DNA of 64,000 nt from Deltaproteobacteria bacterium (GTDB lineage Bacteria; Desulfobacterota; GWC2-55-46): positions 21,557-85,556 of the forward strand of contig JADLDY010000031.1 in NCBI GenBank assembly GCA_020846435.1, given 5' to 3'. Made by a program: the position numbers and the translations under genes. Of the stretch, positions 40,843 through 51,497 are shown piece after piece; the stretch's first letter is position 1, and each line of letters starts with the position of its first letter. The notes beneath the pieces were generated by a model, which worked only from the letters and a program-made list of their open reading frames with translations, was not told the origin of the DNA and did not search any database.

Positions 40843-41198
40843 TGGTGGAGGCGGTGGGAATCGAACCCACGTCCGGAAACGCTTACCCGTTTCTTCTACA
40901 TGCTTAGCCCGCAGATTTAGTCTCGCTCCCCTGCTCTCTGCAGGCAAGTTTCAGGAAAGCCAGTCCGGTTGTGTCTCGCCCCCAGGTCCTTCGGACAGAG
41001 CCCCGGGGGCCATCCTGCTTATTGTCGTCCTGCAAACCCCGCAGGAAAAGGTCTGCCGGACGCTGGCGGTTTCTTAGGCAGCCAGAGCGTATTCGTAGTC
41101 GTTGCCGACTGTGTTTGCCTACCTTTTTTTACGAGAAGATAGTTAACTCGGCATGCTTCACCCGGACTCAGACCGTCCCGTCGAAGCCAGTCGCCCCC
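40843..41198 (-). ncRNA. ssrA: tmRNA (transfer-messenger RNA)
   Basis: Minus strand starts GGGGGCGACUGGCUUCGACGGG and ends ...GGACGUGGGUUCGAUUCCCACCGCCUCCACCA (T-arm plus CCA). Internal ORF ends ...GNDYEYALAA-stop. Confidence 0.85.
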
Positions 41199-41283
41199 GA
41201 TTGTCAAAGAACTTCTTACCACAATCATTATAGCACAGGAGCCCTTGCCTGAAAAGCCCCTTTTGTCAGGCTCCCTCAGCCGT

Positions 41284-41745
41284 CTACTCCCTCTTGCGCT
41301 GCTTTACCGTCTTTTCTATCTCACGTTTGACTTCGCGCGCCTTTATCGAGTCCCGCTTGTCGTAAGAGGTCTTGCCTTTTGCGAGCCCAATCTCGACCTT
41401 GGCCTTGCCGCCCTTGAAGTATATCTTCGTGGGGATGAGGGTGTAGCCCTTTTCCCTGGTCTTGCCGATGAGCTTTAAGATCTCCTTTTTATGGAGGAGG
41501 AGCTTTCTGGTTCTTTCAGGCTCATGCTGCCTGAAGCTGTCGGCCTGTGTGTACGGGCTGATGTGCGTGTTGAGGAGGTATATCTCCCCGTCCTTGATGC
41601 GCGCGTAGCTGTCCTTGAGGTTCGCCTTGCCGGCGCGCAGGGATTTCACCTCGGTGCCGGTGAGCATTATACCGGCCTCGAAGGTCTCCTCGATGAAGTA
41701 GTCGTGAAAGGCCTTCCTGTTCTGCGTTACTATCTCTATCGCCAA
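41284..41745 (-). CDS. smpB: SsrA-binding protein
   Basis: 153 aa; [11 protein letters not shown]...GTEVKSLR...LLLHKKEI signature; adjacent to ssrA. Confidence 0.9.
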   Translation of the reverse strand: MAIEIVTQNRKAFHDYFIEETFEAGIMLTGTEVKSLRAGKANLKDSYARIKDGEIYLLNTHISPYTQADSFRQHEPERTRKLLLHKKEILKLIGKTREKGYTLIPTKIYFKGGKAKVEIGLAKGKTSYDKRDSIKAREVKREIEKTVKQRKRE

Positions 41746-42180
41746 TTATTCCACCCTGAGGACTCTGGGTCTTAAAGACCCTTTGCGCTCCGACAGGGAG
41801 CCGTAGACTTTGAGGCCCAGGAACGCCAGCGCGAGGAAGACCACACCCGTTACCCCTGTTACAAGGTCGGCGTTGTAGCCGGGGAGAATTCCGGCCAATA
41901 CAGTCTGTCCGAGCACGACCCCGCCTATGAAAAAGGCTATCGGAAGGAGGTACAAAAGAACGCCGGCCTTAAGGACAGACCCTGCGCTTACCGAGAACGT
42001 CACATGGTCTCCGGCCTTCACGCCGATCGGGTCTTCTGCTTCTATCAGCACTTCATTGTCAGCCGCACGCGGGCTGTGGCAGGACTTTTTCGAGGCGCAG
42101 TTGTCGCACGACGTGGTCCTCTCGGCCCTTATTACCGCGATGCGACCCTTTTTTTCTATTACTAAGCCGTGCTCTTCCAT
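41746..42180 (-). CDS. RseC/MucC family protein (positive regulator of sigma-E, SoxR-reducing system component)
   Basis: N-terminal Cys cluster (SCDNCASKKSC), OB-like domain, two C-terminal TM. Confidence 0.6.
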   Translation of the reverse strand: MEEHGLVIEKKGRIAVIRAERTTSCDNCASKKSCHSPRAADNEVLIEAEDPIGVKAGDHVTFSVSAGSVLKAGVLLYLLPIAFFIGGVVLGQTVLAGILPGYNADLVTGVTGVVFLALAFLGLKVYGSLSERKGSLRPRVLRVE

Positions 42181-42282
42181 AGCTTAAATCGTAACATGAA
42201 AAAGGCCGGTTTATCAAGGAAGGACGGGCGAAAAAAGGCCCTGCCCAGGAACGGGGCAGGGCTTTTTGATGCGTTGGAAGCC

Positions 42283-44433
42283 TCAGGCGGCTTTTTTGCT
42301 CTTTTTGAGGTGAAGAACCTTTGTCTGGACAAGGCGGGCTTCTTCTGTCTGCCTGCCCGTAATCCTGAAGACCTCGACGGTCGCCTTGAGGTTTGTGGCG
42401 AGTTCGGCCATCTCCTGGCTCGCCTTCGCTATCTGCTGGGCGCTGGCTGATGTCTCGTTTATAACGTCAGCGACGGCAGATATGTCGCCGCTTATCTGCT
42501 CGGTGGCGGCGGACTGCTGTTCTGTCGCGGTAGTCACCTGGTGGACCATCGAGGTGACGACGTCGACCTTGTTGACTATCTCGCTCAAAGCATCCCCTGC
42601 TTCCTGTGCGAGCCTGACGCCCTTTTCAACTGCGTATACCTCTTCCTGCATCGAGGAGATGGCCTTGCCGGTCTCGTCCTGCATGGCCTTTATCATCTCG
42701 CCGATCTCCTTTGTCGCCATCATGGTCTTTTCTGCGAGTTTTCTTACCTCGTCGGCTACCACGGCGAATCCTCTGCCCTGCTCTCCGGCCCTTGCCGCCT
42801 CTATCGCCGCGTTCAAGGCAAGCAGGTTGGTCTGGTCGGCGATGTCGTCTATGACGTTCACTATGTTGCCAATCTGGTTTGAGCGTTCGCCGAGGGCCGA
42901 GATTATCGCGCTCGATTCCTTCGCGGTTCCGGCTATCCCGTGCATCGAGGTTATGGTCTCGGAGACTATGCGCCCGCCCTTTACGGCAACAGAGCTTGCT
43001 TCCCTGGCGGCGTCGGCCGCGCTCGAGACGTTCCTGGCGACCTCGATGATCGTCGCGCTCATCTCCTGGGTCGCGGTCGAGACCTGTGCGGCCCTCGAGC
43101 TCTGCGACTGCGAGCCTCCAGCTATCTGCACAGCGGAGGCCGAGAGCTCCTCAGAGGACGACGCGAGGTGCTCGATCGACGAGTGAAGGTCTTTCACTAT
43201 GCCGTGGAATTTGCCTATCATGCTGTTGAAGGACGATGCCATCTGGCCGTTCTCGTCCTTGGAGGCCACATCGATCGAGAGTGTGAGGTCGTTGGTTTTT
43301 TCTATGTTGGACATGGCCTCGTTCATGCGCGTGAGAGGCTGTACGACCTTGCTGCTTACCACGATCATGCTGAATATGCCGAGGCCGATGATCGCGAGCG
43401 TGAAGACGAAGGCGATGACCATGTTGCGTTTGGAAGCCGCGAGGTCAGCCATCACGGGCGCGTCGACCATGGCTCCGACCGCCGCCGAGACCGCAAGGAT
43501 CGAGTCTATGGCCTCTGAGCTCTTCTCTATCCACTCCTTGCCTGTGATCGGGTACTGTCCTGTCGAGGCGGCTTCCATCACGGATTTGCGCACCGCTTCA
43601 AAGCTGCCCAGGTATATCGACTCCATCTTCGAGAGGGCTTCGAGCACCTCCCTGTTGATGCCGTTCATGTTCTTGACGCGAAGGACGGGCTTTAAGTTTA
43701 TATCGACTACCGCCTTGAATGTGTTGAGCTTCTGCATGCCTTCCGCGTCGACTGGCGTGCCGGACGAGACGAACTTGGCGAGCGCGGCCCGCTCCCTTCC
43801 GGCGTACTCGCTCACGAGCCACAGGGCCTGCTTGAGCTCGAGGTTCATGCGCAGCGCCTGCTGGTTCGTATCCTTGCTGGCGCTGGAGGAGAAGGCCGCG
43901 AGCCTTGTTTCGGAAGCGGCGTCGATAAGCGTTGTCGTGAACTTTATCCATTCCTGCGGAGAGTAGCTCTTCTGGGCTTTTTCAACTTCGTTGTCGACGG
44001 TGCGCCTGAGCGTCGTGAGCTCTCCCTGGAGCCGTTCAAGCTCCCTTACGGAGGAGTTGAAAAGCTTGTTCTCATTGTCAGTCTCCTGAAATTCTTTTGA
44101 GAGCTCGAAGGACTTCTTGAGGGATTCGTCAAGTCTGGAGCGTACGTCCTGGATCTTCTGGAGCAGCGTCCCTTCGGCAGGCTTGTCTGAGGAAAGGGCG
44201 GTCGCTGTAAATCCTCTTTCCTTGGCCGCGAACCCGGCGGCGGCTAACAGGTTGTCTGCCAACTCGTTGGCTATGTCGACCCTGCCGGTCTCCTTGTAGC
44301 TGCGCCATGTGTCGAGCGCGATCGATGCTGACAGCCCAGCCAGAACCAGCACGAGCGTGCCGATAACCGCCAGCATGAAATTCCTGATGCTGATTCGCTG
44401 CAAAAAACGCATAGAACCTCCTGAGTAGTGCAT
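42283..44433 (-). CDS. Methyl-accepting chemotaxis protein with large (about 300 aa) periplasmic sensor domain
   Basis: TM1, periplasmic domain, TM2, HAMP, MA domain ([39 protein letters not shown]). Confidence 0.85.
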   Translation of the reverse strand: MHYSGGSMRFLQRISIRNFMLAVIGTLVLVLAGLSASIALDTWRSYKETGRVDIANELADNLLAAAGFAAKERGFTATALSSDKPAEGTLLQKIQDVRSRLDESLKKSFELSKEFQETDNENKLFNSSVRELERLQGELTTLRRTVDNEVEKAQKSYSPQEWIKFTTTLIDAASETRLAAFSSSASKDTNQQALRMNLELKQALWLVSEYAGRERAALAKFVSSGTPVDAEGMQKLNTFKAVVDINLKPVLRVKNMNGINREVLEALSKMESIYLGSFEAVRKSVMEAASTGQYPITGKEWIEKSSEAIDSILAVSAAVGAMVDAPVMADLAASKRNMVIAFVFTLAIIGLGIFSMIVVSSKVVQPLTRMNEAMSNIEKTNDLTLSIDVASKDENGQMASSFNSMIGKFHGIVKDLHSSIEHLASSSEELSASAVQIAGGSQSQSSRAAQVSTATQEMSATIIEVARNVSSAADAAREASSVAVKGGRIVSETITSMHGIAGTAKESSAIISALGERSNQIGNIVNVIDDIADQTNLLALNAAIEAARAGEQGRGFAVVADEVRKLAEKTMMATKEIGEMIKAMQDETGKAISSMQEEVYAVEKGVRLAQEAGDALSEIVNKVDVVTSMVHQVTTATEQQSAATEQISGDISAVADVINETSASAQQIAKASQEMAELATNLKATVEVFRITGRQTEEARLVQTKVLHLKKSKKAA

Positions 44434-44607
44434 AACTTTTATTGCGGGGATAAATTGATTATCGGCCTTAAAGGGCCGGACTTTAGCCCTTTGTCCAAAA
44501 AACGGCTTGAGTTCATCTTGAGTGCCGCTTGATGCCCTGGCATGTCAAACAGGCTTGAATTGAGCCGCCGCCGTGATAAACTCTCTTCAAAACACGGCAG
44601 GGTGAAG

Positions 44608-45942
44608 ATGGAAGGGAAACGAAAAGGGGCGAGACAGACGGCTTTCAATGTCTTGAACAGGGTCGAAGGCGGCGACGCGTTCGCCGACATCCTGCTGATG
44701 AAAGAGACAGAGGGGCTCTCAGCTCTCGACGCGGGGCTTTCAACCGAGATCGTCTACGGCGTTCTCAGGTGGAAGATGAGGCTCGACAACGCGATAGACC
44801 TCTTCGCCTCCATCAGGACGAAAAAGCTCGAGCACAGGGTTCTGAACGCTTTGAGGATAGGGACCTACCAGCTGCTTTTTCTAGACAGGGTCCCTTCTTC
44901 AGCGGCGATAAACGAATCAGTTAAGCTTCTGAGGAAGGACGGGGCCAGGAAATCGGGCTTTGTAAACGCTCTCTTGCGCAAGATAGACTCTGAGAGGCCG
45001 TCCGTCCGTCTTCCAGAGGACGCGGCCCCTGAAAAGCGGATCTCCGTCGAGTTCTCTCACCCTGAATGGCTCGTCAGGAGGTGGGCCTTGAGGTACGGGC
45101 TCGCTGAGGCTGAGGCGCTCTGCAAAGCCAACCAGGAGCCGCCCCCAAGGGTCGTCCGGGTAAACACCCTCGTGACTGCGAGGACCGAACTCATGGAATC
45201 TCTCGCGGCCGCGGGCTTCAAGGCCGCCGCGTCGGTATATTCACCTTTTGCCGTAGAGGTCATTGGCGGCGGGCCGCTTGACGCTCTTGACAGGAGGTAT
45301 TACATACAGGACGAAGCCTCCCAGCTCGTATCAACGCTTCTTTCGCCTGAGCCGGGCTCGAAGGTGCTCGACGCGTGCTCCGCGCCGGGCGGCAAGACCA
45401 CTCACCTTGCCCAGCTCATGGAAAACAGGGGCTCCATCCTGGCCCTCGACAAGAGCATCTCAAGGCTCAAGTCGGTTGAGAGCACGGCCTTGAGGCTCGG
45501 GGTGGGTATAATCAGGACTGAGGCCGTAGACGCGTCTTCCCCTCTTGCCTTTGCGAAAGAAGGTTCCTTTGATTACATCCTCGTTGACGCGCCCTGTACG
45601 GGCCTCGGGGTCGTGCGCAGGTCGCCGGACATAAAATACAGGAGAAGGGAAGATGATATCGCCTCTGCCGCCCTCATCCAGAGCGCGCTCCTTATGAACC
45701 TTTCCTGTTACCTGAAAAAAGGCGGAGTCCTCGTCTATTCGACATGCACCTTCGAGCCTGAGGAGACTGAGGAGGTCGTAGGCGGCTTTCTCGAAAGAAA
45801 CCCGGGTTTTTGCCTCGAGGACGCGGCAAAAGCGCTGCCAGACGGGTGCGCCCCGCTCGTCGATGAAAAGGGTTTTTTCAGGCCCCTCCCGCATAAACAT
45901 GGAATGGACGGATTTTTCGGCGCGAGGCTGAGAAAGCTTTGA
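44608..45942 (+). CDS. rsmB: 16S rRNA (cytosine967-C5)-methyltransferase RsmB (NusB-like N-domain plus Fmu MTase)
   Basis: NusB-like N-terminus, FDYILVDAPCTGLGV and conserved catalytic Cys (TC motif: VLVYSTCTF). Confidence 0.8.
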   Translation: MEGKRKGARQTAFNVLNRVEGGDAFADILLMKETEGLSALDAGLSTEIVYGVLRWKMRLDNAIDLFASIRTKKLEHRVLNALRIGTYQLLFLDRVPSSAAINESVKLLRKDGARKSGFVNALLRKIDSERPSVRLPEDAAPEKRISVEFSHPEWLVRRWALRYGLAEAEALCKANQEPPPRVVRVNTLVTARTELMESLAAAGFKAAASVYSPFAVEVIGGGPLDALDRRYYIQDEASQLVSTLLSPEPGSKVLDACSAPGGKTTHLAQLMENRGSILALDKSISRLKSVESTALRLGVGIIRTEAVDASSPLAFAKEGSFDYILVDAPCTGLGVVRRSPDIKYRRREDDIASAALIQSALLMNLSCYLKKGGVLVYSTCTFEPEETEEVVGGFLERNPGFCLEDAAKALPDGCAPLVDEKGFFRPLPHKHGMDGFFGARLRKL

Positions 45943-45993
45943 GAGAGGGCGGATTTTCCTGGGATTCAGCGGGCTGTCAACGGAGCGTCAAAG

Positions 45994-46536
45994 TCAGTCC
46001 GGGATTATCCTGAACGAGGAGAAGAAGTTGTCGAAGTCGGCTGCGTGCTGCTTGAAATAGATGCGCATCGGCGCCGAGTAGCTTACGCCATAGTACAGCT
46101 CTTCGGTCATGAAGCCGTAGTAGGTGAAGCCGTAATCAAGCCCGTCGTTGTTCTCGTAAGTCCCGTCCATTTTGAATCCCTGGTAGCCGAGTATCTGCCC
46201 CGTTGACAGGTCTTTCACCTTGAGCCCGGTCATGCGTTTGTCGAGGGCGTTGTTCTCGAGGAAGTATTCGGCCATCTCGATGCCCTTCATGCCGGCGTGC
46301 AGCGGCTTTCGCGATAATATGAGCGGCTTGCCGAGCGGCTGCGTCTGGATGAAGATGTACTGGAGCTCAGGGCCGTTCTTCGTGAGGAACAGGTCTGAGT
46401 TTGACCTGTTCATGAACCAGCCGTCCGGAAGGACGACCGAGTAATGCCTGCTCCTGTCCTCGTACAGCCCGCTCGACGGCGTCCAGGCGGCGCACCCGGG
46501 CGCTATGAGCGCGAGGAAGAGAAGCGGCGCTGTCAA
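45994..46536 (-). CDS. Hypothetical lipoprotein/secreted protein
   Basis: Hydrophobic N-terminus with APGC; no recognisable domain; start codon uncertain (TTG in ORF track). Confidence 0.4.
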   Translation of the reverse strand: MTAPLLFLALIAPGCAAWTPSSGLYEDRSRHYSVVLPDGWFMNRSNSDLFLTKNGPELQYIFIQTQPLGKPLILSRKPLHAGMKGIEMAEYFLENNALDKRMTGLKVKDLSTGQILGYQGFKMDGTYENNDGLDYGFTYYGFMTEELYYGVSYSAPMRIYFKQHAADFDNFFSSFRIIPD

Positions 46537-46559
46537 AAGCCTGCCGGAGAAAAGGCGTC

Positions 46560-47258
46560 TTAACGAGGAAAGCGCGATAGGAGCCCCCTTATGAGCCTTC
46601 TGGTGTTTTCCCTGTCCATGAAGTTCTCTCTCAAGCTCACTGATTCATCCCTGAAGCTCGCCCATATTATATTTCCGCTGTGGTCTGACATGGAGACGCA
46701 GGCCCTTGACCTGTTCTGCCTGGGGAGCGCCGAGGGGCCGTAGAGCGTGCCTACCGCGAAGGTGGCCAGTTTTTTTGACAGAGGCGCTTTTTCCCTCTTA
46801 TGCACTTCGAAGCCGTCCATGAAGATGAACGCCTCTACGCCGTATAGATCCGCGAGAGTCTCGAGGCTGCCCAACGACGGCGGCGCGGTCTTTTCAACCG
46901 GGTTCCAGAACTCCTGCAGATGCTTGTGCACAGCCTTGCTCAGGGCCCGCACCTCCTGGAGCTCCTTCCTTGACTTCAGTGTCGGCTCTATGAGCTTCAC
47001 CCTGAGGCGGGTGCCCTTGAAAAACGCGGCTATCTCGTCAGCCGAGCTCCTGGCGGCCGCATCCGAGACCTCGTTCATGACGGCTACTCCGTCTTCCGTG
47101 AGTTCAAATATTTTTATGTCAGGCTGGACGATGCCGATGGTCCTTATCGACCCTATCTGCTCGGCCGCGTCGTGCACGGAATAGTGCGCTGGAGCGCACC
47201 CTCCGGCGAGCAGCAGGACAACGGCTATGAGGAATGTCTTGAAGGCTCTCGATGGCAT
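46560..47258 (-). CDS. Hypothetical lipoprotein
   Basis: Signal peptide FLIAVVLLLAGGCAP (lipobox-like LAGGC); no recognisable domain. Confidence 0.4.
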   Translation of the reverse strand: MPSRAFKTFLIAVVLLLAGGCAPAHYSVHDAAEQIGSIRTIGIVQPDIKIFELTEDGVAVMNEVSDAAARSSADEIAAFFKGTRLRVKLIEPTLKSRKELQEVRALSKAVHKHLQEFWNPVEKTAPPSLGSLETLADLYGVEAFIFMDGFEVHKREKAPLSKKLATFAVGTLYGPSALPRQNRSRACVSMSDHSGNIIWASFRDESVSLRENFMDRENTRRLIRGLLSRFPR

Positions 47259-47262
47259 ATTT

Positions 47263-47874
47263 TTAAAATATCCCGGAGGAAGGGATCTCGCCCTCCCTTA
47301 TAAGTACGAGCTTTTCGCCGGTAGCGTCCACGATGGTCGAGCCTTTTTTGCTTTCGAGAGAGCCGCCGTCGATGAGCGCACCAATGGAGCCGTTGAAGTA
47401 TTCTATCACCTCTTCGGCAGAGACCGCGGGCTTTTCCCCTGACGGGTTGGCGCTCGTCGAAGTTATCGGGAAGCCGAGAGTATTGGAAAACCTTCTCGCG
47501 TTGGGACAGCCGGGCAGCCTTACGCCTATCGTCCCGGTGCCTGCCGTGACAGAATCTGGCAGCGAGTCAGCCGCCTTGAGCACGATCGTAAGAGGGCCGG
47601 GCCAGAAACGTTTCATGAGCTGTACAGCTTGAGGCGGCAGTTCCTTCGCGACGAAGCGGATCATCGAGATGCCGCCTATTATGAGCGGCATCGGGCTCGA
47701 TGAAGGCCTTCCCTTGAGCCTGTAGAGCGCTTGTACCGCGTCAGCGTTGAACGGGTTTACGCACAGGCCGTAGAATGTCTCGGTCGGGTAAGCGATTATG
47801 CCGCCAGCCATGAATATCTCAATGGCGGGCAGATAGTCGGCGTCAGCGTCGATTATGAGCGGTCCGTCATTCAA
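47263..47874 (-). CDS. tsaC: L-threonylcarbamoyladenylate synthase (YrdC/Sua5 family)
   Basis: YrdC fold motifs (AYPTETFYGL, PGPLTIVL, STSANPSG). Confidence 0.85.
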   Translation of the reverse strand: MNDGPLIIDADADYLPAIEIFMAGGIIAYPTETFYGLCVNPFNADAVQALYRLKGRPSSSPMPLIIGGISMIRFVAKELPPQAVQLMKRFWPGPLTIVLKAADSLPDSVTAGTGTIGVRLPGCPNARRFSNTLGFPITSTSANPSGEKPAVSAEEVIEYFNGSIGALIDGGSLESKKGSTIVDATGEKLVLIREGEIPSSGIF

Positions 47875-47875
47875 T

Positions 47876-48376
47876 TCAGGCCTTCAGTTTCTCCGCTTTG
47901 GCCTCGACCTGAGAGGCCATCTCTTTGCGGTGGGTCTTCAAAGCCTCGCGGAGCTTTGGGTCGGACACGGCCAGTATCTGGGCCGCGAAAATCCCGGCGT
48001 TCTTTGCCCCGGCCTTGCCTATGGCCATTGACGCGACAGGTACTCCTCCGGGCATCTGCACGGTTGAAAGGAGAGAGTCCAGTCCGTTCAACGGGCTTGA
48101 GTCGATGGGTACGCCTATGATTGGCAGGGTCGTCTCAGCGGCTATGAAACCCGCGAGGTGGGCGGCGCTCCCTGCTCCGGCTATTATCACCCTTATGCCG
48201 CGGCCTTCCGCGCTCTGCGCGTACTCGGAGGTCCTCTTGGGGGTCCTGTGCGCCGAGGAGACGGTCATCTCGTAGGGTATTCCGAAGTCTTTCAATATTT
48301 TCGCGGCTTCTTCCATCACGGGGAGGTCAGAGTCGCTCCCCATCAATATGCCAACAAGCGGTTTCTCAGACATCAT
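47876..48376 (-). CDS. purE: N5-carboxyaminoimidazole ribonucleotide mutase
   Basis: [18 protein letters not shown](A)G motifs. Confidence 0.9.
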   Translation of the reverse strand: MMSEKPLVGILMGSDSDLPVMEEAAKILKDFGIPYEMTVSSAHRTPKRTSEYAQSAEGRGIRVIIAGAGSAAHLAGFIAAETTLPIIGVPIDSSPLNGLDSLLSTVQMPGGVPVASMAIGKAGAKNAGIFAAQILAVSDPKLREALKTHRKEMASQVEAKAEKLKA

Positions 48377-48403
48377 TTCCTCCGGCTATTAATTCATCAT
48401 GCC

Positions 48404-49672
48404 CTATTTCAGGGCTTTCTTCCCTATGTCTGTCCTGTACTGCGCGCCTTCCCAGGAGATCTTATCGACAGCCCTGTAGGCGTTCTCAATGGCTTTTCTT
48501 ATGTCTGCCCCGAGGGCCGTTACTCCGAGGACCCTGCCGCCTGAGGTCACGACCTTGCCGTCGCGGCTCTTTGTGCCAGCGTGGAAGACAACGGTGTCAG
48601 GCAGGAGGGCGGCTTCATTCAGGCCTTTTATCTCGCTTCCCTTGAGATAATCTCCGGGGTAGCCTTTTGCCGCCATGACGACGCAGACTGCCGCTTCTTT
48701 TTTCCATTCAAGAGTAACTTCATGGAGGTTGCCTCTGGCAGAGGCCAGGAGCGCTTCCAGAAGGTCGGAAGCGAGCCTCATTAGTATGGGCTGTGTCTCC
48801 GGGTCACCGAACCTGCAGTTGAACTCCAATACTTTAGGCCCGGCGTCTGTCATCATGAGCCCGGCGTAGAGTATTCCTTTGTAGGGCCTGCCCTCTTTTT
48901 CCATGCCGCGGACGGCCGGGTACATGACCGTTTCCATGACCTCTTTTTGCAGCTCTCCGGTCAGGACCGGGGCAGGCGAATATGCGCCCATGCCGCCAGT
49001 GTTCGGCCCTTTGTCATTGTCGAATATTGCCTTGTGGTCCTGCGCTGGCGCGAGCGGCAGCACGGTCTTGCCGTCGGTGATGGCGAGGAAAGAAGCCTCT
49101 TCGCCGATGAGGAACTCTTCTATTATTATTTTTTTTCCGGCGGAGCCGAAGGCCTTCTCGGTCATGATGAGATCGACAGCCTCGAGAGCTTCCTGCCTCG
49201 TCTGGCAGATGACGACTCCCTTGCCGGCCGCCAGGCCGTCAGCCTTGACTACCATCGGCGGCTTGTGCGTCTCGATATAAGCCTTTGCCTCGGAGGCGTC
49301 CTCGAACTTCTTGTAAAAAGCCGTCGGGATGTTGTGGCGGTACATCAGCTCCTTGCTGAAGGCCTTGCTGCCCTCGAGCTCGGCCCCGGCCTTTGACGGG
49401 CCGAAGACAAGGAGGCCCGCGGCGGCGAAAACGTCGACTATGCCGAGGGTCAAAGGCAGCTCGGGGCCGACGACCGTGAAGTCTATTTTTTCGGCCAGAG
49501 CAAAGGCTTTCAACTCTTCTATCTCTTCGGCCGCGATGTTGATATTCTCGCCGTGCATGGCGGTGCCTGGATTGCCAGGCGCGATGAAGAGCTTCGTTAT
49601 CTTTTTACTCTGGGAAAGCTTCCATGCGAGGGCGTGCTCCCTGCCTCCGCCGCCGACTATCAGTACCTTCAT
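48404..49672 (-). CDS. purD: Phosphoribosylamine--glycine ligase
   Basis: MKVLIVGGGGREHALAWKL N-terminus, ATP-grasp. Confidence 0.9.
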   Translation of the reverse strand: MKVLIVGGGGREHALAWKLSQSKKITKLFIAPGNPGTAMHGENINIAAEEIEELKAFALAEKIDFTVVGPELPLTLGIVDVFAAAGLLVFGPSKAGAELEGSKAFSKELMYRHNIPTAFYKKFEDASEAKAYIETHKPPMVVKADGLAAGKGVVICQTRQEALEAVDLIMTEKAFGSAGKKIIIEEFLIGEEASFLAITDGKTVLPLAPAQDHKAIFDNDKGPNTGGMGAYSPAPVLTGELQKEVMETVMYPAVRGMEKEGRPYKGILYAGLMMTDAGPKVLEFNCRFGDPETQPILMRLASDLLEALLASARGNLHEVTLEWKKEAAVCVVMAAKGYPGDYLKGSEIKGLNEAALLPDTVVFHAGTKSRDGKVVTSGGRVLGVTALGADIRKAIENAYRAVDKISWEGAQYRTDIGKKALK

Positions 49673-49684
49673 TACGGCTCCTTG

Positions 49685-49812
49685 AAAAATTGCTCTTTTT
49701 CCCGATCTCTTCGTTAGGGCGGAAGTTAAAAATGCTCACATATAAATATATATGCTCCGCTTTTTACTTCCACCCTGCCTCGACCTCGGAAAAAATATCT
49801 AATTTTTAGAGC
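49685..49812 (+). repeat. Intergenic repeat family A, copy 3
   Basis: aaaattgctctttttcccgatctcttcgttagggcggaagttaaaaatgctcacatataaatatatatgctccgctttttacttccaccctgcctcgacctcggaaaaaatatctaatttttagag. Sits between purH and purD, antisense to them. Confidence 0.6.
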
Positions 49813-49821
49813 TACAACAGA

Positions 49822-51405
49822 TCAGTGCCTGAAATGCCTCACGCCGGTAAATACCATGGCTATGCCGTGCTCGTTGGCGGCCTTTATGACCTCTTCGTCC
49901 CTTATCGACCCGCCCGGCTGTATTATGGCCGTGACGCCGTGGCTGGCGGCCGCGTCGACGTTGTCCCTGAACGGGAAGAAGGCGTCAGAGGCCATGACAG
50001 AGCCCTTCACCGAAAGCCCGGCGTCAGAGGCTTTCTGCGCCGCTATCCTCGTCGAATCGATCCTCGACATCTGGCCTGCGCCGACTCCGACAGTACGGGT
50101 GTCGGCCGCGAATATTATGGCGTTGCTCTTTACATGCTTGCATACGCTCCAGGCGAAAAGAAGGTCCGCGAGCTCTTTTTCGTTAGGGCCCCTTTCGGTC
50201 ACGGTCTTGAGGTCGGCCGCGCTCTCCAGATCGAGCGTCTGGACAAGGAGGCCTCCCGAGACCCTCTTTATGTCGAGGTCTGTGGGCCCGAAGTAGAGAG
50301 CTTCAGGCTTCATGCTTCCTATCTCGAGGAGCCTGAGGTTCTTTTTCGCCGAGAGCACTTCGAGCGCCCCCTTGTCAAAGCCCGGCGCTATGACGGCTTC
50401 GAGGAATATCTTGCCGAGCTCTTCGGCCATCTCTTTCGTCACGGGCCTGTTGAGCCCGACGATGCCGCCGAAGGCCGAGGTCTTGTCGCACTCGTAAGCG
50501 AGCTTGTAGGCTTCGAGCAGGCCTTTCTTGGAAATCGCGGTGCCGCACGGGTTGTTGTGCTTCACTATGACTGCCGCCGGTTCGTTGAACTCTGCGACGA
50601 GGCCCAAAGCGGCGTTGAGGTCGAGTATGTTGTTGTAGGAGAGCTCCTTGCCCTGCAGGCACTTCGCGTCGGCGAGCCCGGCGGGTCCCTTTACGCGCTT
50701 TTTGTAGAAGGCCGCCTTCTGGTGCGGGTTCTCGCCGTAGCGCAGGTCCATTATCTTTTCGTACTGCTCGGTGTAGGTGTCGGAGAAAGTCTTTTTCTGC
50801 TCGAGCTCCGGGGAGTCCGGCACCGTGCCGAGGTAGTTGGATATCGCGGCATCGTACCTGGCCGTCGTTTGGAAGACCTTCCTGGCGAGCTTGAAGCGTG
50901 TCTCCCTGCCGAGGCAGTTCTTCTTGTCTGCCATCTCTTTTATTATTCCGGCGTAGTCGGCCGGGTCGACGACGACGGCTACATCGTTCCAGTTCTTCGC
51001 GGCCGCCCTCAGCATGGTTGGGCCGCCTATGTCGATGTTCTCTATCGCGTCCTCGAGGGGGCAACCCTTGGCAATCGTCTCTTCAAAGGCGTAGAGGTTG
51101 ACGACGACCATGTCGATGGGCAGTATGCCGTTGGTCTCCATCTCTTTTGCGTGGGTCGCGTTGTCCCTCATGCCGAGTATGCCGCCGTGTATCTTCGGGT
51201 GGAGGGTTTTAAGCCTGCCGTCGAGCATCTCCGGGAAGCCGGTGTAGGAAGATATCGGTATCACGTTGACGCCCGTCTTTTTTATGAGGTCGGCGGTCCC
51301 GCCGGTTGATATTATCTCCACGCCTGCCGCCGAGAGCTCTTTGGCGAATTCGGCTACGCCGGTCTTGTCAGTCACGCTGATTATTGCCCTTCTTATCCTT
51401 CTCAT
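49822..51405 (-). CDS. purH: Bifunctional AICAR transformylase / IMP cyclohydrolase
   Basis: MGS-like N-domain (RRAIISVTDKTGV) plus AICARFT domain. Confidence 0.9.
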   Translation of the reverse strand: MRRIRRAIISVTDKTGVAEFAKELSAAGVEIISTGGTADLIKKTGVNVIPISSYTGFPEMLDGRLKTLHPKIHGGILGMRDNATHAKEMETNGILPIDMVVVNLYAFEETIAKGCPLEDAIENIDIGGPTMLRAAAKNWNDVAVVVDPADYAGIIKEMADKKNCLGRETRFKLARKVFQTTARYDAAISNYLGTVPDSPELEQKKTFSDTYTEQYEKIMDLRYGENPHQKAAFYKKRVKGPAGLADAKCLQGKELSYNNILDLNAALGLVAEFNEPAAVIVKHNNPCGTAISKKGLLEAYKLAYECDKTSAFGGIVGLNRPVTKEMAEELGKIFLEAVIAPGFDKGALEVLSAKKNLRLLEIGSMKPEALYFGPTDLDIKRVSGGLLVQTLDLESAADLKTVTERGPNEKELADLLFAWSVCKHVKSNAIIFAADTRTVGVGAGQMSRIDSTRIAAQKASDAGLSVKGSVMASDAFFPFRDNVDAAASHGVTAIIQPGGSIRDEEVIKAANEHGIAMVFTGVRHFRH

Positions 51406-51497
51406 TTGAAACCTTTCCTCCTTACGGATTGAGGCTGCTGAAAAAGTCCCGTCTGGAACTTTTTGAGCCGCCTTCGCTGATTTATGAAGTAGCCTGA

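Noticed and set aside
40843-40920. Possible tRNA gene (GGTTCGATTCCC T-loop)
   Set aside because: It is the tRNA-like 3' domain of tmRNA; the full tmRNA 5' GGGGGCGAC lies about 350 nt away on the same strand. No free-standing tRNA genes were found in the window.
40313-41283. Prophage or island integration at ssrA
   Set aside because: No integrase, no direct repeat of the ssrA 3' end. Neighbours are housekeeping (smpB, rseC-like, lapA).
44480-44560. Sigma54 promoter (TGGCAT...TTGA) upstream of rsmB
   Set aside because: GG/GC element spacing is about 14 nt instead of the required 10; does not fit the -24/-12 consensus.
49825-51309. 494-aa plus-strand ORF opposite purH (and similar long antisense ORFs opposite mlaD, MCPs, alr)
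   Set aside because: High-GC antisense open frames with biased composition; the opposite strands encode well-conserved proteins.
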